Shown here piece after piece: positions 37,926 to 46,675 of a stretch of DNA of 64,000 bases. The stretch comes from Patescibacteria group bacterium (GTDB lineage: Bacteria > Patescibacteriota > Patescibacteriia > Magasanikbacterales > GWA2-37-8). The notes beneath the pieces are model-generated. The model was not told the origin of the DNA. It searched no databases and saw only the letters and a program-made list of their open reading frames with translations. Within the stretch, counting starts at the first letter, position 1. The number at the start of each line of letters is the position of its first letter. Location of the stretch: contig JAQTYG010000001.1 of the NCBI GenBank assembly GCA_028688375.1, positions 183,420 to 247,419 of the forward strand, written 5' to 3'. A program made the position numbers and the translations under genes.

Positions 37926-38506
37926 AAATTCAGCTTCTTCATTCTGAAAGCCATCATTTCATTTGACACTCCGAACATTTTGGCCAGCAGATCAATATCA
38001 TCTTTTGTAATTTTGTATTTATTTATTATTTCTTCAGCCATGTTTTTAGGCACAAGAATATTAGCGGCAAAACAATTAGCCTCTTGCTCTACCGGGCTAT
38101 AATTTCCATTAATGATTGTTTGTCGCAATAACACATTGTAGTCGGAAGGCTTATGTTCCATTTTAAAGTGTCCCAACTCATGTGCTATAGTGAACATCTG
38201 ACGATTTGCTGGGTCGTCATTGTTAACAAAAATTATCTTCTTTTCAATATCTAAGAAACCAGCGACGGATTGAAGCTTCTCGGGCATTTTAATAAAACGC
38301 AATTCCAGCCCCTCGCCTTTGGCAATTTGAAAAACATTAACAACGGGTTCGGTTACACCATATTTTACCAACAAATCATTGGCTAATTCTTCACATTTTG
38401 GAAAATTTGCCTCGCCCATATAATAATGGTTAATTTTTACTTCTGCTGTTGGTAGTATAGCACAATAAAGAAATTTTGACGATTTTAAATTTTTCTTTAT
38501 GCACAA
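37910..38506 (-). CDS. ImmA/IrrE family zinc metallo-endopeptidase (DUF955)
   Basis: HEXXH motif FTIAHELGHFKMEH plus downstream EQEANCFAANILVP are typical of ImmA/IrrE; real start is probably the internal MGEANFP. Confidence 0.65.
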   Translation of the reverse strand: MCIKKNLKSSKFLYCAILPTAEVKINHYYMGEANFPKCEELANDLLVKYGVTEPVVNVFQIAKGEGLELRFIKMPEKLQSVAGFLDIEKKIIFVNNDDPANRQMFTIAHELGHFKMEHKPSDYNVLLRQTIINGNYSPVEQEANCFAANILVPKNMAEEIINKYKITKDDIDLLAKMFGVSNEMMAFRMKKLNLWKIA

Positions 38507-39289
38507 TCAAGTAAAATCTATAAATTTAGCCTGGTATTTATCCTTCCACTGACTTTTAGAGATAACCCTCTCAGAATAAACACCGGGAGGCGGCCAGTTC
38601 ACCTCCGAAATTTTAATACTACCATCTTGGTACACCTCTTCTACAAACGCAACATGACCTACTGCAGGATTTTTTAAACTTCCGACGAACGACATGGCAC
38701 AACCGGCCTTTGGTTCTTCCAGAATCCTGTACTGGGCACTTCTTTGAAAAATCCCTGCCCATAAGCCCCCATTACGCGGTCTTTCTGCTGGCCATTTGAT
38801 AGTGATGCCCATTTGCTGAATTTTATAATGAACATACTCTACGCACTGAAGATCGTCTCTTCGTGCTCCTCCACCAAACTCATCATTAATAATTTTGCGT
38901 AATTTTATGGAATTTGCATCAGTCGCGAGATTTTTTTCGTGATTATGAAAAGCTGGCACGACATCCTGAAATACTTCTTTTTTCTGCAAATTTTCCAATG
39001 CGATTGGAACGACTTCTACTAAATAAAATTTAGAAACCCAGCCGTTTTTCCCATCAGCATTGACCCTAAACCAGTCGCCATTTTCTTCAACAGCCTCAAC
39101 CTTAGTACTAAAAGCGAGTTTTGCGATAATATTATCGTTGTTAATCTTTTCCGGGCTGGAACGCATGCGTAACCCATCGGAAGCACTGACAAATAACTCT
39201 TTAGTGGAAAATTGTGGAGTTATATCTGCTACATTTGTTTTTTCTTCGAAGTCAAACGTTTGATTGCACTTAGGACAAGTTATCGGCAT
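38507..39289 (-). CDS. Zinc-ribbon - SH3-like - CHAP domain protein (putative peptidoglycan amidase/endopeptidase; endolysin-like, no signal peptide)
   Basis: N-terminal CPKCNQTF zinc ribbon; NGDWFRVNADGKNGWVSKFYL SH3b-like; C-terminal QCVEYVHYKI ... GHVAFVEEV consistent with CHAP Cys/His catalytic residues. Confidence 0.55.
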   Translation of the reverse strand: MPITCPKCNQTFDFEEKTNVADITPQFSTKELFVSASDGLRMRSSPEKINNDNIIAKLAFSTKVEAVEENGDWFRVNADGKNGWVSKFYLVEVVPIALENLQKKEVFQDVVPAFHNHEKNLATDANSIKLRKIINDEFGGGARRDDLQCVEYVHYKIQQMGITIKWPAERPRNGGLWAGIFQRSAQYRILEEPKAGCAMSFVGSLKNPAVGHVAFVEEVYQDGSIKISEVNWPPPGVYSERVISKSQWKDKYQAKFIDFT

Positions 39290-39335
39290 ATAATATTTTC
39301 GGGTTATTTATAATATCATTATACTAGAAAGAATC

Positions 39336-40427
39336 TTATTTTCCAGATTTGGTTCGATTATCTTGCTTACACAACATTTGGCAATTCTCGGCAACAGTTT
39401 TACCACCCTCGTGCCACGGCTTTATATGGTCGGCTTCCATTTCTTCTATTTCAAAACGCTTCTTGCATTTTTTACAAATTCCTTTTTGCCTCTCATACGC
39501 TTCGCGCTTCATTTTGTCCGTAAAAGCACGAATCGAAAGAAATTTTTCTTGTCCCGTTAAAACATACGGGTAAATACCGGATTTTTTTGTAACATCTTCA
39601 TCTTGCATTAACTCTTTGATCTCGGCTTCAAGTTTACCGGCGTTCAATTTCCTATCTTTGAATTGATTATACAGTTCACCCCATTGCACGCCACTCATTT
39701 CTCGGCGATAATTTGTAAAAATTTTACGCACCCACGCAATCACGTCTTGAAAATACTGCCACAATGCTTCCGCATCCTTTTTATTTTGATGTTTGGCCAT
39801 GTAATCTTCTATCTTGCCGTCGTTAATCCACGAAAGTGCTGTTTCTAAATACTCCTGGCGAATTGGCGAGCCGTTAACTAATTGCCCGCCGTCGTTCGCT
39901 AACAAATATGCCGCGCAATTTGATTTGCTGAATTTAAGTTTGGCGTCAGAGAGCCATGGCCCGGTATATACCGCGTTGCGTATTTCTTGGTCAGTCAATT
40001 TTTCACCGGCAATATTAATAATTCTAAACCAGTCCAGTCGTTCTTTGTCTGTACCCTCGCAGAAATATATCATCAGTTCATAATCCAAAATCTGTTTTTG
40101 TTCTTCGTTGGTCAAGTTGTGAAAAAAACGATCATTCAGCGAAAAATCGCCATTAATATATTGCCCGATACTAATGGTGCGCTGTTGGCCGTCCAAAACT
40201 TCGAAATTTCCTTGGTCGGTCTTGACCCAGTACATCACATTAAGCGGAAAGCTATTTTTAATCGTTTCAAGCACGGCATCCCGCTGTTTGCCGGTATAAA
40301 CAAATTCGCGCTGATATTTGGGGCGGATATCCAGCTTACCGCCATACGCGACCACGCCTTCTTCGGCGCTGTCTTTGTAACCAACGACCACTTTACGCAC
40401 CGAAATTTTATGTAATTCAATTTTCAT
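39336..40427 (-). CDS. DUF262 (ParB/GmrSD N-terminal-like) - HNH endonuclease fusion protein; candidate restriction/defense nuclease
   Basis: VLDGQQRT (DGQQR signature of DUF262); C-terminal CKKCKKRFEIEEMEADHIKPWHEGGKTVAENCQMLCKQDNRTK HNH motif. Confidence 0.7.
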   Translation of the reverse strand: MKIELHKISVRKVVVGYKDSAEEGVVAYGGKLDIRPKYQREFVYTGKQRDAVLETIKNSFPLNVMYWVKTDQGNFEVLDGQQRTISIGQYINGDFSLNDRFFHNLTNEEQKQILDYELMIYFCEGTDKERLDWFRIINIAGEKLTDQEIRNAVYTGPWLSDAKLKFSKSNCAAYLLANDGGQLVNGSPIRQEYLETALSWINDGKIEDYMAKHQNKKDAEALWQYFQDVIAWVRKIFTNYRREMSGVQWGELYNQFKDRKLNAGKLEAEIKELMQDEDVTKKSGIYPYVLTGQEKFLSIRAFTDKMKREAYERQKGICKKCKKRFEIEEMEADHIKPWHEGGKTVAENCQMLCKQDNRTKSGK

Positions 40428-40428
40428 A

Positions 40429-41382
40429 TTATTTTTTTACTTTCTTATTTTTAACTAAAATTCTAAAATATGTAAATTTCCCATTTATTGACAGGTCTTT
40501 ATCATCATCGCCCTTACGAAACTTCACAATTTCAAACTGGTCCGGATTATATTTATCAATAAAAGTTATCGGCACACCAATAACGCCGTTATAATCATAG
40601 GGAATATCCGTATATTTGTCTACGTTGATTGCATCATAATTATCATAATGTGGATATTCCTCGGGGTTGTATTTTTTATATAATGTTATAAATTCCTTAT
40701 GCTTTTCAACCTCAAGGCTTGTGAACCAACACGAAGTTGAAACTCGCGCGATTTTCTTACCGTTCTCATCAATATGGTGAAACAATTCCCAATCGTCTGG
40801 CACCATAAAGAACATACCGACGTTAAAATTGGTGTAACCTGTTCGAATTTTGTCTTCTTTGAATAACTTAAAAATTTCTTTATAAGTTATCGCATTGGTA
40901 TTGCCGATAATCAAAAACCTCTTATCGTACTCCATCAGCTGCGCCATATACTCACGAAATAGTGAAAATGGCGGGTTTGTTACTATGATGTCAGCTTGTT
41001 TGAGAAGGTCAATACATTCCTTGCTTCGGAAATCGCCGTCGCTTATCATTTCGGTCATAAATTCATCCGGGTCGGGCATGCGATTACCATTTTTATCCCC
41101 AGCGTATTCCAATTTATAAGGTTTTTTATTGGTAAATAAAGTTGCGCCTTTGAAATGGGTGGCAATCAATTTCTTCAATCCTAAATGTTCAAAATTTCTA
41201 CTGAAATATTTAACAAAGTTACTTTCTCTCGGGTCATCGCAATTACAAAATACCACCTTTCCTCGAAACTGATCTTTATAATGCTTGATTTCATTTTCAA
41301 TATCGGCAAGCTGGGTATAAAACTCGTCTTTCTTTTCTTTACTTGCCTTATGCAAACTTTTATTTGATGATTTAGTTACCAT
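40429..41382 (-). CDS. N6-adenine DNA methyltransferase of the M.EcoRI family
   Basis: KDEFYTQLADIENEIKHYKDQFRGKVVFCNCDDPRESNFVKYF and IIVTNPPFSLFREY (NPPF catalytic motif) closely parallel M.EcoRI-family methylases; 317 aa; 1 nt gap to the downstream gene and 2 nt to the upstream gene. Confidence 0.7.
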   Translation of the reverse strand: MVTKSSNKSLHKASKEKKDEFYTQLADIENEIKHYKDQFRGKVVFCNCDDPRESNFVKYFSRNFEHLGLKKLIATHFKGATLFTNKKPYKLEYAGDKNGNRMPDPDEFMTEMISDGDFRSKECIDLLKQADIIVTNPPFSLFREYMAQLMEYDKRFLIIGNTNAITYKEIFKLFKEDKIRTGYTNFNVGMFFMVPDDWELFHHIDENGKKIARVSTSCWFTSLEVEKHKEFITLYKKYNPEEYPHYDNYDAINVDKYTDIPYDYNGVIGVPITFIDKYNPDQFEIVKFRKGDDDKDLSINGKFTYFRILVKNKKVKK

Positions 41383-41384
41383 AA

Positions 41385-42134
41385 TTATCTTCTTGTTATC
41401 AAGTCATACGCCAAGCTGGCGAGTGATATATAATGAATTGCTAAATTTTTATCCAAATCTTGAGCGGGAGTATGCGCTTTTTCATTCCGCAAAAATTGGA
41501 TGGACATATGTAAAAATTTTACTCCCTCAAAAAAATCTTTTTCCGCGTCATTTTTCGGTTTCCGCCCAAAAATTATTTCTTGGTTCGATTCCGCAAACGC
41601 CTCGTGCGCTTTTTCTTTGCCGGTAATATCTCTGAGCTTTTGACGAACGATTTTATACGCTTCTTCTACGGCGTTAAAATAATGCCCACTATTCAGAAAT
41701 TTTTGAACATGGTCAAAAACTTCTTTTTGCAAAATTATATTGATATTACCGTTCTTAAAGGTGGCTTGGGATATATTTTCAACTTTCACTTTTACCCCAA
41801 GAAGTTTTTCGCCAATGTTTTTAGCGGCGGTCATTCTGTCGGCTGGAAAATCATCTCGTTTCAAATTATCCAATAAAATCTGATTTTCAATATATTCAAT
41901 GAGTTTCAAAATACTTTTTCCAACGATTTTATCGTCTGCGTTCGTCCATAGGCCACGGAGACGATTTGCTTTTGAACCGCTGGCATAATTGTACCTTTGA
42001 TTGTAAATATCAATGCCGATGTCATCTCTAAAAAATTCACCCATTGTTCGGTCGGAAAAATTCAAAACATAACCACTGCCCATCTGGAGTAGTTTTTCAA
42101 GTGTCTGTTTTTCGAGTGTAGTCAGTTCTGCCAT
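41385..42134 (-). CDS. HEPN domain protein (TIGR02391/Swt1-like, Rx4-6H motif); Abi-like RNase candidate
   Basis: C-terminal FLRNEKAHTP provides the HEPN R-x4-H motif; first gene of the three-gene operon; sigma70-like promoter (TTGCGA-16/17-TAGAAT) immediately upstream at about 42140..42175. Confidence 0.55.
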   Translation of the reverse strand: MAELTTLEKQTLEKLLQMGSGYVLNFSDRTMGEFFRDDIGIDIYNQRYNYASGSKANRLRGLWTNADDKIVGKSILKLIEYIENQILLDNLKRDDFPADRMTAAKNIGEKLLGVKVKVENISQATFKNGNINIILQKEVFDHVQKFLNSGHYFNAVEEAYKIVRQKLRDITGKEKAHEAFAESNQEIIFGRKPKNDAEKDFFEGVKFLHMSIQFLRNEKAHTPAQDLDKNLAIHYISLASLAYDLITRR

Positions 42135-42139
42135 AATCT

Positions 42140-42480
42140 TATTCTATTCTATACTTATTAGAAAGATTCGCAATATATTTCTGGATTCCCGCCAGAGTTT
42201 ATCCTCGCGAAAGCGGGGGCGGGAATGACAGGGCTTCGCCGCGACCTCACCCCAGCCCTGCCTACCGGCAGGCAGGCCTCTCCTTATCAAGGAGAGGGGC
42301 GCCGGAGGGATTCCTCCACTACGGTCGGAATGACAGGACTTCCCCTCGCCCCCTCTTTATATAAGAGGGGGAAAGATCCTTCGCTTCGCTCAGGATGACA
42401 AGTGGCGGGAATGACAGGGTGACGAGAAGATCCTTCTCTCCGCTCAGGGTGACACCGCAAATTGCGGTGTCACTTTCTCT
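42140..42480. repeat. Repeat-dense intergenic region: at least five REP-like elements (families A, B, D plus the CTCTCCTTATCAAGGAGAGG hairpin and the GTGACACCGC-AAATT-GCGGTGTCAC hairpin)
   Basis: Family A at 42180..42232, D at 42257..42277, B-type at 42371..42400 and 42424..42454, perfect 10 bp hairpin at 42451..42473. Confidence 0.6.
42257..42277. repeat. GC-rich palindromic repeat family D (CCTGCCTACCGGCAGGCAGGC), right flank of the defense island
   Basis: 20/21 identical to 37297..37317. Confidence 0.55.
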
Positions 42481-43762
42481 CCCACTCCCCCGTCTGCCTG
42501 ACTAAAAGTTCAGACGCGCGGAGCGGTTCGGCCATTAATTCTTTGACGATTTTTTCCATCCGTACACCCTGCGAGCCTTTGATTAAAACTACATCGCCTT
42601 CTTTGATGGCGTCTTGTAAAAATTTCCCGGCGCTGGCACTGTCGGCAAAAGTCACCACGCGGTGTTCTTCCATCCCAGCCTCGCGCGCCGCTTGGGCCGT
42701 TTGTTTGGACGCCTCCCCCACCGTCACCAAGACATCAACCCCCAATTCCGCCACGCGCCGGCCGATATCACGATGGGCGCTTTCCGTTTCCAAACCCAGC
42801 TCCAGCATATCGCCGAGCACGGCGTAACGTTCGGCGTCGGCCTTGATGTCAATATTTTTAAGCGTCTTCAGCGCCGAGATGGTCGGTTCGGGCGAAGAAT
42901 TATAGCTGTCATCAATCAGCATGGTTTTTTTAATGCCCGGAATCAAACACATATGCCCGGCCAATGGTTTCAAATCGCGCAACGCGCCGGCCGCTTCCAC
43001 AAAATTCACGCCGAAAATATGGCCGATGGCCAGACCGGCCAAAGCCGCCGGAATCAAATGTTCGGCCATGGCGCCGGGTAAAAATACCGGCACGATGTTG
43101 CCCCGAAAATTAACCTTGAAATTCAAACCGGTCGGCCAGTTGGTCTCCGGGTCGGGAATAATATTGACATCAGTCGCCTGAAAATCCGCACCGTCTTTAA
43201 AACCGAAAGTGACCACCTCGGCTTTAGTTTTGGCGTTTTGCATCACCAGGTCATTGTCATAATTCAGCACGGCAAAACCTTCTTCGGTCAGATGAGAAAC
43301 AATGACACGCTTCTCCTGAATAATTTTTTTGAGGGTTTTAAAAAATTCTATATGCACCGGCGCGATGTAGGTCAACACGCCGACTTTACACGGCGCGGTC
43401 TCCACCAAATATTGAATGTCGCCCGGCTTATCCGAGCCCATTTCCAACACTAAAATTTCCGGATAATTTTCCGTTTTCCCGCCAATTAATTTTAACGCCC
43501 GGCCAAAAACTTTCAACCAACCGAAAATCGACCGGCCCGGAGTTTTATCAACACCGATAACGGTCAAGGGCAAGCCGATTTCGTTATTATAATTTTTAAC
43601 ATTGGCGCGAACGTTGAAACGCGTCCGCAGCACCGCCACCGCCGCTTCTTTGGTGGAAGTTTTGCCGATGGAACCGGTGATGCCGACAACATCGGGGCGA
43701 TATTTTTTTAAAATCGCCTTTGCTAATAATTTTAGGATGAGTTGGAGAAGGGATTTTAACAT
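42470..43762 (-). CDS. murF: UDP-N-acetylmuramoyl-tripeptide--D-alanyl-D-alanine ligase
   Basis: DVVGITGSIGKTSTKE P-loop, Mur ligase middle/C-terminal conservation; 430 aa. Confidence 0.8.
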   Translation of the reverse strand: MLKSLLQLILKLLAKAILKKYRPDVVGITGSIGKTSTKEAAVAVLRTRFNVRANVKNYNNEIGLPLTVIGVDKTPGRSIFGWLKVFGRALKLIGGKTENYPEILVLEMGSDKPGDIQYLVETAPCKVGVLTYIAPVHIEFFKTLKKIIQEKRVIVSHLTEEGFAVLNYDNDLVMQNAKTKAEVVTFGFKDGADFQATDVNIIPDPETNWPTGLNFKVNFRGNIVPVFLPGAMAEHLIPAALAGLAIGHIFGVNFVEAAGALRDLKPLAGHMCLIPGIKKTMLIDDSYNSSPEPTISALKTLKNIDIKADAERYAVLGDMLELGLETESAHRDIGRRVAELGVDVLVTVGEASKQTAQAAREAGMEEHRVVTFADSASAGKFLQDAIKEGDVVLIKGSQGVRMEKIVKELMAEPLRASELLVRQTGEWERK

Positions 43763-43768
43763 AAATTA

Positions 43769-45502
43769 TTATTTATCCTTTTGGATATTGTAATATTTCA
43801 AAGCGAAATCGGCCACGTCTTTGAATACCACCGCGGCGGTGGATTCCGCCCATTGGCGTTCCGGTTTTTCAAACTTTACCACCATGACAAATTTTATATC
43901 ACTGCCGGTCGGGGCGTAACCGCAAAAAGTATGGTTGGTTTCTTCGGTGTAACCGCCCGGTCCGGGAATTTGCGCCGTGCCGGTTTTGCCGGCGACATAA
44001 TATCCGCCCATTTTCACCGTGGCCCGATAAGTTTTTTCCACCACCGAAGTAAGCATGCCGGTAATCAATTTGGAAGCGCGCGGAGAAATAGCTTGCGCCA
44101 CCACGGTCGGGTCTGTTTTTTCCACTTTGCCGTTGGAGTACCTAATTTCTTTAATCAAATATGGTTTAAGCACCTGCCCGCCGTTGGCTAGGGCCGAATA
44201 GGCTACCGCCAATTGCAACGGGGTCACGGTTATGCCTTGCCCGAACGATGCTTGGGCGGTGGAAAGAACGGACTTTTTTTCCAAAGAGGAAATGTTGCCC
44301 GGCATTTCCGTATCCAACGGAACGCCCGTTTGCTGGCCAAAGCCGAATTTTTCAATATACGATTTCATGGTCTCCTGCGGCATTTTCTCCGACACCCAAA
44401 TCATACCCGTATTGATGGAATTTTCCAAGACCTCGGTCATGGTGACGCGCGGACCGTAACATTTGCCCAGCGCGTTGTGAATGGTGTATTTGCCGAACTG
44501 GCGCTCGCACGGGTCGGAAAAAGTGGTATTAGGCGAGACCAGCCCCTGGTCCAAAACCGACGACATCACAATCGGTTTAAAAACCGAACCCGGTTCATAA
44601 GGCGTAAAAATCGCCGTGTTATTAAACGCCTCCATATTTTTAACCTCGGAAAAATTATTCGGGTCATAACCGGGCAAGCTACACATGGCGATAATGGCGC
44701 CGGTGGCCGGGTCCATCATCACCAGCGAAGCGCTTTGGGCGTTGAACGCTTTCAGGCCTTCGGCCAGCCGACTACAAGCTTTGTACTGAATGGCGCGGTC
44801 AATGGTCAACACTAAATCAGCGCCGTTCTCCGCTTCCACCGAAGTCAAGCCGGCCAAAGAAATCCAACCGCCACCTTCCGCTCTTTCCCCGGAAAAAAAG
44901 CCCGTTTTGCCGGCCAAGGTTTTATTCCAATAACCTTCCACGCCGTATTTACCGGCCAAATTGTCTTCCTGGTCAAAAGCGCAAAATCCGAGCGCGCCGG
45001 CGCTACTGGCGCCTTCCGGATAATAACGATAAATTTCCGTGGTGGCATAAATGCCAGTCAATTTCGCCGCCTCCAGCTGGCTCCATTGTTCTTCCGGAAT
45101 TTTCCGCGCGATTGGTTCATAGGGGTCGTCGGCCTTGCTTAATTTAGCGCGCAACTCTTCCAGCGCTTCGTCGGGTAAAGCGAGCACGGTTTTAATTTTT
45201 TGCGCCGTCGCGTCCACTGCCTCTTTTTTTATTTCTTTAGGCACGGCGTAAATTTTGTAATAGGCGCGATTAATCGCCGCCGGATAAGTGTCGCCGTTGC
45301 GCGAGTCGGAAAAATAAATTTGGCCTCGGGCCGGATGAATTTTTTGATAAATCTCGTGCGTGTCCAAAGCCATGGTGGCGTAATAATCATGTTGCAAAAT
45401 CTGCAACCGGAACAGCTGGATCACCACCAACAAAATCGCCAAGCCGAAAATCAGCGAGAGGTAGCGAATTTCACGATATTGTTCGGCGTGATGAGTGAAC
45501 AT
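43769..45502 (-). CDS. ftsI: Penicillin-binding protein 2/FtsI-type peptidoglycan D,D-transpeptidase
   Basis: N-terminal TM anchor; EPGSVFKP (SxxK), SINT (SxN) and KTGTA (KTG) active-site triad motifs. Confidence 0.8.
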   Translation of the reverse strand: MFTHHAEQYREIRYLSLIFGLAILLVVIQLFRLQILQHDYYATMALDTHEIYQKIHPARGQIYFSDSRNGDTYPAAINRAYYKIYAVPKEIKKEAVDATAQKIKTVLALPDEALEELRAKLSKADDPYEPIARKIPEEQWSQLEAAKLTGIYATTEIYRYYPEGASSAGALGFCAFDQEDNLAGKYGVEGYWNKTLAGKTGFFSGERAEGGGWISLAGLTSVEAENGADLVLTIDRAIQYKACSRLAEGLKAFNAQSASLVMMDPATGAIIAMCSLPGYDPNNFSEVKNMEAFNNTAIFTPYEPGSVFKPIVMSSVLDQGLVSPNTTFSDPCERQFGKYTIHNALGKCYGPRVTMTEVLENSINTGMIWVSEKMPQETMKSYIEKFGFGQQTGVPLDTEMPGNISSLEKKSVLSTAQASFGQGITVTPLQLAVAYSALANGGQVLKPYLIKEIRYSNGKVEKTDPTVVAQAISPRASKLITGMLTSVVEKTYRATVKMGGYYVAGKTGTAQIPGPGGYTEETNHTFCGYAPTGSDIKFVMVVKFEKPERQWAESTAAVVFKDVADFALKYYNIQKDK

Positions 45503-45534
45503 GGATTAAGGAGTAAGGAGTAAGGAATAACGGT

Positions 45535-45580
45535 TGCCGAAGGGATCCTTCCCCCGCATCTTGCGGGGTCAGGATGACAG
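45535..45580. repeat. REP-like element family B (CCGAAGGGATCCTTC-hairpin-TCAGGATGACA) preceded by tandem AGGAGTA repeats
   Basis: Shares its 5' block and 3' GGATGACA with copies at 42371, 42424 and intragenic 61280. Confidence 0.55.
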
Positions 45581-46624
45581 ACGGGTGACGACGGATTTGT
45601 TCGCCAGTTGACCGCAGGCGGCGGAAATATCGGCCCCTTGTGAAACGCGCATGGTGGCGATAAAACCTTTGGCCAGCAAGCGGTCGCGCCAATTTTTAAT
45701 CAGCGTTTCAGAGGCGCTGGTCCATTTTTTATCCGTGGCGTTATACGGAATTAAATTTATTCTCACCCGGCCGAGACGGGAGGCAAAATCGGCCAAGGCC
45801 TTAAAATGTTTAGCGTCGTCATTAATGCCGGCGAGAAATAAATATTCCAAACCGAGGAAATGCGTGCGATTGCCGAAACGAGCATGATATTTTTTCGCCC
45901 AATCAGTCATAAACTCAAAAAACTTCGGCGGTTGGGACGGAATAATTTTTTTGCGCTCGCCCTCAATGGCGCTGTGCAACGACAGAGCAAAACGCACGGC
46001 GGGAAAATCTTTATCTGCCACCATTTTCTCCATGCCGGCTATCACCCCGCCGGTGGAAATGGTGATTTTAGTCGGACCGACATCGGTATATTTTAAAATT
46101 AAATTAATCGCTTTTTTGACTTCATCGTAATTCAACAGCGGTTCGCCTTGGCCCATAAAAACAATGTTGTCCACTCGTCCGGCGCCCTGTTCGGTTAAAT
46201 ATTTTTGCCAAAAACGGTACTGGCCGACAATTTCTTCCGCCGTTAAATTTCTTTTAAACCCGAGCCGGCCGGTGGCGCAAAAAACGCATTTCATGGCGCA
46301 ACCGACTTGCGATGACACGCAAATGGTAAAACGATTCGTCCCGGCTTTGGTTTGTTTTTTGGAAGCCCGGCCGAGCAAAACGGTTTCCACCGCCAAACCG
46401 TCAGCCAAACGCAGGAGGGCTTTTTTCGTGTCATCAATCTTGCTTTCCTCAATCACTAACGGCGCCACGGCTTGCCACGGTATCTCCGCCAATTCTTGGC
46501 GTAAATCTTTGGGCAAGGTGGTGACGGTGGTAAAACCGGTGATGGCCGGATCAAACCAAGCGCGATAAATTTGGTCGCGCCGATAAGCCGGCTGGTCGCT
46601 TAAAATTGTGTCCAAATTTTTCAT
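45569..46624 (-). CDS. rlmN: 23S rRNA (adenine2503-C2)-methyltransferase / tRNA m2A37 methyltransferase
   Basis: Radical SAM motif GCAMKCVFCATG, 351 aa, conserved C-terminal Cys. Confidence 0.8.
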   Translation of the reverse strand: MKNLDTILSDQPAYRRDQIYRAWFDPAITGFTTVTTLPKDLRQELAEIPWQAVAPLVIEESKIDDTKKALLRLADGLAVETVLLGRASKKQTKAGTNRFTICVSSQVGCAMKCVFCATGRLGFKRNLTAEEIVGQYRFWQKYLTEQGAGRVDNIVFMGQGEPLLNYDEVKKAINLILKYTDVGPTKITISTGGVIAGMEKMVADKDFPAVRFALSLHSAIEGERKKIIPSQPPKFFEFMTDWAKKYHARFGNRTHFLGLEYLFLAGINDDAKHFKALADFASRLGRVRINLIPYNATDKKWTSASETLIKNWRDRLLAKGFIATMRVSQGADISAACGQLANKSVVTRLSS

Positions 46625-46636
46625 GATAAATAGTGT

Positions 46637-46664
46637 CTGGATTCCCGCCTGCGCGGGAATGACA
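46637..46664. repeat. REP-like hairpin family A: CTGGATTCCCGCCTGCGCGGGAATGACA
   Basis: Stem ATTCCCGC/GCGGGAAT; intergenic between the P-type ATPase and rlmN. Confidence 0.65.
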
Positions 46665-46675
46665 AGGTGAAAAAA

